NCBI GenBank assembly: GCA_046565745.1
Contig: JBKHYA010000002.1
Span: 2,350 to 66,349, forward strand
Length of the DNA stretch: 64,000 bases
Direction: 5' to 3'
Origin: Actinomycetes bacterium
Lineage (GTDB): Bacteria > Actinomycetota > Actinomycetes > Actinomycetales > Microbacteriaceae
The notes under the pieces were generated by a model. The model saw only the letters and a program-made list of their open reading frames with translations. It did not search any database and had not been told where the DNA came from. Positions 58,030 through 64,000 of this stretch are shown here, one piece after another. How positions within the stretch are numbered: the stretch's first letter is position 1; every line of letters starts with the position of its first letter. The translations under genes and the position numbers were made by a program.

Positions 58030-58159
58030 CACCCCACGCGGAGGGCCGAGCGAGGCCAGACCCCCGCCCGAGAGGGCGGCGGGTAGACTGGTCGCATCGC
58101 TCGGCCCTTTCTGCGTGCCCTGAGCCCCGAATCCTCCCCGAACTGAAAGCTGTTTCCGT

Positions 58160-60067
<1,908 letters not shown>

Positions 60068-60081
60068 CCCGAGGAGTGACC

Positions 60082-60594
60082 ATGCGCCGCGCCCCCCGAC
60101 GCACCGCCCGCCGTCTCGCCGCCGCCGCTCTCGCCGGAGCGCTCGCCCTCGGGGCGAGCGGCTGCTCGACGGGCACACCGCTCGACAACATCGTCGAAGG
60201 GCTCGTCGACCAGGGCGTCGAGCAGATCACCTCGGGAATCGACGAATCGGTCCGCGGTCTCGTCGACGACGTCCTCGGCGGCGTCGAGCTGTCGACCGAC
60301 GGTGAGCCGCCCGCGAGCTTCCCGACCGACATCCCGCTCACGGGCGAGGTGCTCGGCGGGGGAGCAGGCCCCGACGGCACCGGCTGGGTCGTCCGCACCC
60401 GGCTCGATGGCGCGGGCGCGTTCGACGCGGCCGCCGCCGCCCTCGAAGGCGCGGGCTTCGCGGCGAGCGGCGTCTCGAGCGACGAGAGCAGCGGATACGG
60501 CGCGTTCACGTCGAGCGCGTACCGCGTCGACCTCTCGGTCGCGACGGATGCCCAGGGCGAGGTCACGGCGACGTACGTCGTCACCCCGGCCTGA
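60082..60594 (+). CDS. Hypothetical lipoprotein
   Basis: AGGAG RBS; Arg-rich signal peptide with ASGC lipobox; FPTDIPL motif. Confidence 0.75.
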   Translation: MRRAPRRTARRLAAAALAGALALGASGCSTGTPLDNIVEGLVDQGVEQITSGIDESVRGLVDDVLGGVELSTDGEPPASFPTDIPLTGEVLGGGAGPDGTGWVVRTRLDGAGAFDAAAAALEGAGFAASGVSSDESSGYGAFTSSAYRVDLSVATDAQGEVTATYVVTPA

Positions 60595-60694
60595 GCATCC
60601 GCGCTCGCCGCAGCGCCGGGGGCGCCCCGCGCGCCCGAACGCGCACTCGATGCATTCGCATGAAGCAGGACTGCACAGAAGGTAGGCTCTCGCC

Positions 60695-61474
60695 GTGAAG
60701 ATCGCGCGATTCAGCACCGATGGATCCCCCCGGTACGGCATCGTCGACGACGATGAGCTCGTCGTTCTCATGGGCGACCCGATGTACCACGGCTACGACA
60801 CGACGGGCGAGCGCGTGCCGCTGTCGGAGGCGAAGATCCTCGCGCCGGTCATCCCGCGCTCGAAGGTCGTGTGCGTGGGCATGAACTACGCCGCGCACGC
60901 GCAGGAGATGGGGCACGACGCGCTCGCCAACCCGCTGATCTTCCTCAAGCCGAACACCGCGGTCGTGGGCCCCGGCGACCCGATCGTCATCCCGCCGGTC
61001 GAGGGCCGCATCGTGCACGAGGGCGAGCTCGCGCTCGTCATCGGCTCGGTCGCCAAGCGCGTGAAGGCCGAGAACTGGCGCGACGTCGTGTTCGGCGTCA
61101 CGATCGCCAACGACGTCTCGGCGCGCGACGTCATGTTCGCCGACGGCCAGTGGGCCCGCGCGAAGGGCTACGACACCTTCTGCCCGCTCGGGCCCTTCAT
61201 CGACACCGAGCTCGACCCGACCAACCTCGCGATCGAGACCTTCGTCGACGGCGAGCTGCGCCGCAAGGGCAATACCGCCGACCTGCTGCACAAGATCCCC
61301 GAGCTCATCGAGTTCATCAGCGACGTGTGGACCCTCCTGCCCGGCGACATCATCCTCACGGGCACCCCCGACGGGCTCGGCGGCTTCGTCGACGGCCAGA
61401 CGATCGACATCACGATCGAGGGCCTCGGCACGCTCAGCAACCCGGCGAAGAACCGCGACGACCGCGACTACTGA
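60695..61474 (+). CDS. Fumarylacetoacetate hydrolase family protein
   Basis: GMNY, FLKP, HEGEL, NDVSARD, KGYDTFCPLGP, TGTP. Confidence 0.94.
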   Translation: MKIARFSTDGSPRYGIVDDDELVVLMGDPMYHGYDTTGERVPLSEAKILAPVIPRSKVVCVGMNYAAHAQEMGHDALANPLIFLKPNTAVVGPGDPIVIPPVEGRIVHEGELALVIGSVAKRVKAENWRDVVFGVTIANDVSARDVMFADGQWARAKGYDTFCPLGPFIDTELDPTNLAIETFVDGELRRKGNTADLLHKIPELIEFISDVWTLLPGDIILTGTPDGLGGFVDGQTIDITIEGLGTLSNPAKNRDDRDY

Positions 61475-61525
61475 TCGGGCCGTTCGGCCCGCGCGCCGGA
61501 TGCCCGGCAGGGGCATGATGGAGCC

Positions 61526-62821
61526 ATGAGCTCCACCGCGCCCGCACCGGCTCCCGTTCCGTCGCCAGCGGCCGCCCCCGTCGACGTCGCCGCCGTGCAG
61601 CGTCGCGTGCGGACGACCCTCATGGCCGGGCAGGTTCTCGCCGGGCTCGGCATGGGGTCGACGCTGAGCATCGGTGCGATCCTCGCCGCGGAGGTCTCCG
61701 GCTCGCCCGCCTACAGCGGCCTCGCGGCGACCATGGCGACCCTCGGCGCCGCGCTCGCGGCGATCCCGCTCGCGCGCCTCGCCGGCCGCGTCGGCCGAGC
61801 ACCCGCCCTCGCGACCGGAGCGCTCACCGCCGCGACCGGCGCCGTGCTCGCGATCGTCGCGGCGGGCCTGCCGAGCTTCACCCTGCTGCTCATCGCGATC
61901 ATGCTCATCGGCGTCGGCACGACCGTGAACCTGCAGTCGCGATTCGCCGCCTCCGACCTCGCCGCCCCCGCGACGCGCGGGCGCGACCTCTCGCTCGTCG
62001 TGTGGGCGACGACCGTCGGCGCCGTGAGCGGCCCCAACCTCATCGGCCCCGGCGAGCAGCTCGGCGCTGCCATCGGGCTGCCCCCGCTCTCGGGGCCGTT
62101 CCTCTTCACCGTCGCCGCGCAGGTGCTCGCAGCGACCCTCTACCTCGTCGCGCTGCGGCCCGACCCGCTGCGGCTCGCACTGCGACTCGCTCGTGATGCC
62201 GCCGCCGCGGCGACAGCGGCGGGGGAGTCGGGGGCCGAGGCGGCGCGCAGCGACCGCGCGGGCATCCGCCTCGCCCTCATCGCGCTCGCGCTGAGCCACG
62301 CGACGATGGTGAGCGTCATGGCGATGACGCCCGTGCACCTCACCGACCACGGAGCGAGCCTCGTGGTCGTCGGCTTCACCATCAGCCTGCACATCGCGGG
62401 CATGTACGCGCTGTCGCCGGTCTTCGGCATCCTCGCCGACCGGCTCGGCCGGTGGTGGACGATCCTCATCGGGCAGTCGCTGATCGTCGCGAGCCTCCTG
62501 TTCACCGCGCTCGGCGCCGAGAGCGAGGCGGCCGTCGTCGCCGGGCTCATCCTCCTCGGCTTCGGCTGGAGCGCCGCGACCGTCGCCGGCAGCGCTCTGC
62601 TCACCGAGTCGACCGCGCCCGACCGGCGCACGGTCATCCAGGGTCGCAGCGACCTGCTCATGAGCGGCAGCGGCGCGGTCGGCGGGCTGCTCGCCGGGCC
62701 GACGCTCGCCGCCCTCGGCTACTCGGGCCTCTCGCTCGTCGCGCTCGGGCTCGTGGCGGTCGTCGTGGCCGTGCTCGGGCTGACCCCGCGCGCCGCGGGC
62801 GGGCACGCGCCCCGCCGGTAG
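61526..62821 (+). CDS. MFS transporter
   Basis: About 12 TMs, GRVGR and LADRLGR motif A, MAMTPVH. Confidence 0.9.
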   Translation: MSSTAPAPAPVPSPAAAPVDVAAVQRRVRTTLMAGQVLAGLGMGSTLSIGAILAAEVSGSPAYSGLAATMATLGAALAAIPLARLAGRVGRAPALATGALTAATGAVLAIVAAGLPSFTLLLIAIMLIGVGTTVNLQSRFAASDLAAPATRGRDLSLVVWATTVGAVSGPNLIGPGEQLGAAIGLPPLSGPFLFTVAAQVLAATLYLVALRPDPLRLALRLARDAAAAATAAGESGAEAARSDRAGIRLALIALALSHATMVSVMAMTPVHLTDHGASLVVVGFTISLHIAGMYALSPVFGILADRLGRWWTILIGQSLIVASLLFTALGAESEAAVVAGLILLGFGWSAATVAGSALLTESTAPDRRTVIQGRSDLLMSGSGAVGGLLAGPTLAALGYSGLSLVALGLVAVVVAVLGLTPRAAGGHAPRR

Positions 62822-62851
62822 CCGCCGCGCCCGCCGGTAGGATCGCAGTCG

Positions 62852-64000
62852 ATGACTTCCCCCGCCTTCTCCACCGCCACGGGCAGCGATGTCCGCGTGC
62901 GCTTCTGCCCCTCGCCGACCGGCACGCCGCACGTCGGCCTCGTGCGCACGGCACTGTTCAACTGGGCGTACGCGCGCCACACGGGCGGGAAGCTGATCTT
63001 CCGCATCGAGGACACCGATACCGCTCGCGACAGCGAGGAAAGCTACCACCAGCTCCTCGACGCCCTGCGCTGGCTCGGCATCGACTGGGACGAGGGCGTC
63101 GAGGTCGGCGGCCCGCACGCTCCGTACCGCCAGTCGCAGCGCCGCGAGATCTACACCGACATCATCCAGAGGCTGACGGATGCCGGGCACCTGTACGAGT
63201 CGTACCTCACGCCCGATGAGATCGAGGCCCGCAACATCGCCGCGGGCCGCGACCCGAAGATGGGCTACGACAACGCCGAGCGCGAGCTCACCGACGAGCA
63301 GCGCGCGGCCTATCGTGCCGAGGGCCGCCAGCCCGCGCTGCGACTTCGGGTGCCCGACACGGCTCTGAGCTTCACCGACCTCGTGCGCGGCGAGATCACG
63401 TTCCCGCAGGGCAGCTTCGTCGACTTCGTCGTCGTGCGCCCGAACGGCGCCCCGCTCTACACGTTCGTGAACCCGGTCGACGACGCGCTGATGGGCGTCA
63501 CGCACGTCCTCCGCGGGGAGGATCTGCTGTCGTCGACGCCGCGCCAGATCGCGCTGTACCACGCGCTCATCGACATCGGCGTTGCCGAGGCGATTCCGCA
63601 GTTCGGGCACCTGCCGTTCGTCATGGGCGAGGGCAACAAGAAGCTCAGCAAGCGCGACCCGCAGTCGAACCTCTTCCACCACCGCGACCGCGGGTTCATC
63701 CCCGAGGGGCTGCTCAACTACCTCTCGCTGCTCGGCTGGTCGCTCAGCCACGATCGCGACGTCTTCACGCTCGAGGAGCTCATCGCGGCGTTCGACGTCC
63801 GCGACGTCAACCCGAACCCCGCGCGCTTCGACCAGAAGAAGGCCGAGGCCATCAACGGCGACCACGTGCGGCGGCTCCCCATCGACGAGTTCGTCGAGCG
63901 GAGCATCCCGTACTGCAGCGGCGCCGGTCTTTTCAACGACGTCCCCCGCCCGAAGGAGCGCGAGCTGCTCGCCGCCGCCGCGCCCCTCGTGCAGGAGCGC
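62852..64000 (+). CDS. gltX: Glutamate--tRNA ligase (3'-truncated; absent from ORF track)
   Basis: [11 protein letters not shown] (HIGH), RIEDTD, HVLRGED, KLSKR (KMSKS). Confidence 0.97.
   Translation, partial: MTSPAFSTATGSDVRVRFCPSPTGTPHVGLVRTALFNWAYARHTGGKLIFRIEDTDTARDSEESYHQLLDALRWLGIDWDEGVEVGGPHAPYRQSQRREIYTDIIQRLTDAGHLYESYLTPDEIEARNIAAGRDPKMGYDNAERELTDEQRAAYRAEGRQPALRLRVPDTALSFTDLVRGEITFPQGSFVDFVVVRPNGAPLYTFVNPVDDALMGVTHVLRGEDLLSSTPRQIALYHALIDIGVAEAIPQFGHLPFVMGEGNKKLSKRDPQSNLFHHRDRGFIPEGLLNYLSLLGWSLSHDRDVFTLEELIAAFDVRDVNPNPARFDQKKAEAINGDHVRRLPIDEFVERSIPYCSGAGLFNDVPRPKERELLAAAAPLVQER

Overview
High-GC (~70%) actinobacterial chromosome segment, most likely Microbacteriaceae (inferred from gene content and order). 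It is mostly housekeeping: 3' end of mnhG, ilvD-ilvB-ilvN-ilvC, serA, leuB, ilvE, fdxA-dapC-gltA, dapD/dapE, DUF3117, tatB, mrp, mgtE-like, glycine riboswitch + gcvTHP, an Opp/Dpp-type ABC system, typA, FAH-family gene, MFS and the 5' part of gltX. An ~18 kb inositol (iol) catabolism region (26.1-44.4 kb) is a composite. A host-like iolC-Cgl0159-iolA-iolB-iolD operon and its GntR/IolR regulator enclose a second cluster with more relaxed codon usage. In that second cluster the redundant genes (iolR', iolC', iolD') are eroded while iolE, iolG, a transaldolase-fold gene, a Hyi-like isomerase, an oxidoreductase and an ABC transporter are intact; IolR-type boxes mark the promoters of both parts. 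Most unusual signals: (1) a sharply bounded 61-codon patch of rare codons, including rare Val/Leu/Ile codons, in the 3' end of ilvD just before ilvBNC, a candidate intragenic regulatory element; (2) an unlisted 37-aa membrane peptide divergent from a LysR gene with a 25-bp operator; (3) an open iolC'/iolD' scar ORF that still overlaps the iolE start; (4) a transaldolase-fold protein with Gln at the catalytic Glu position; (5) an apparent circularly permuted rearrangement of core gene blocks. No tRNA, rRNA, CRISPR or transposase was found. All product calls come from motif recognition by eye; no database search was run.
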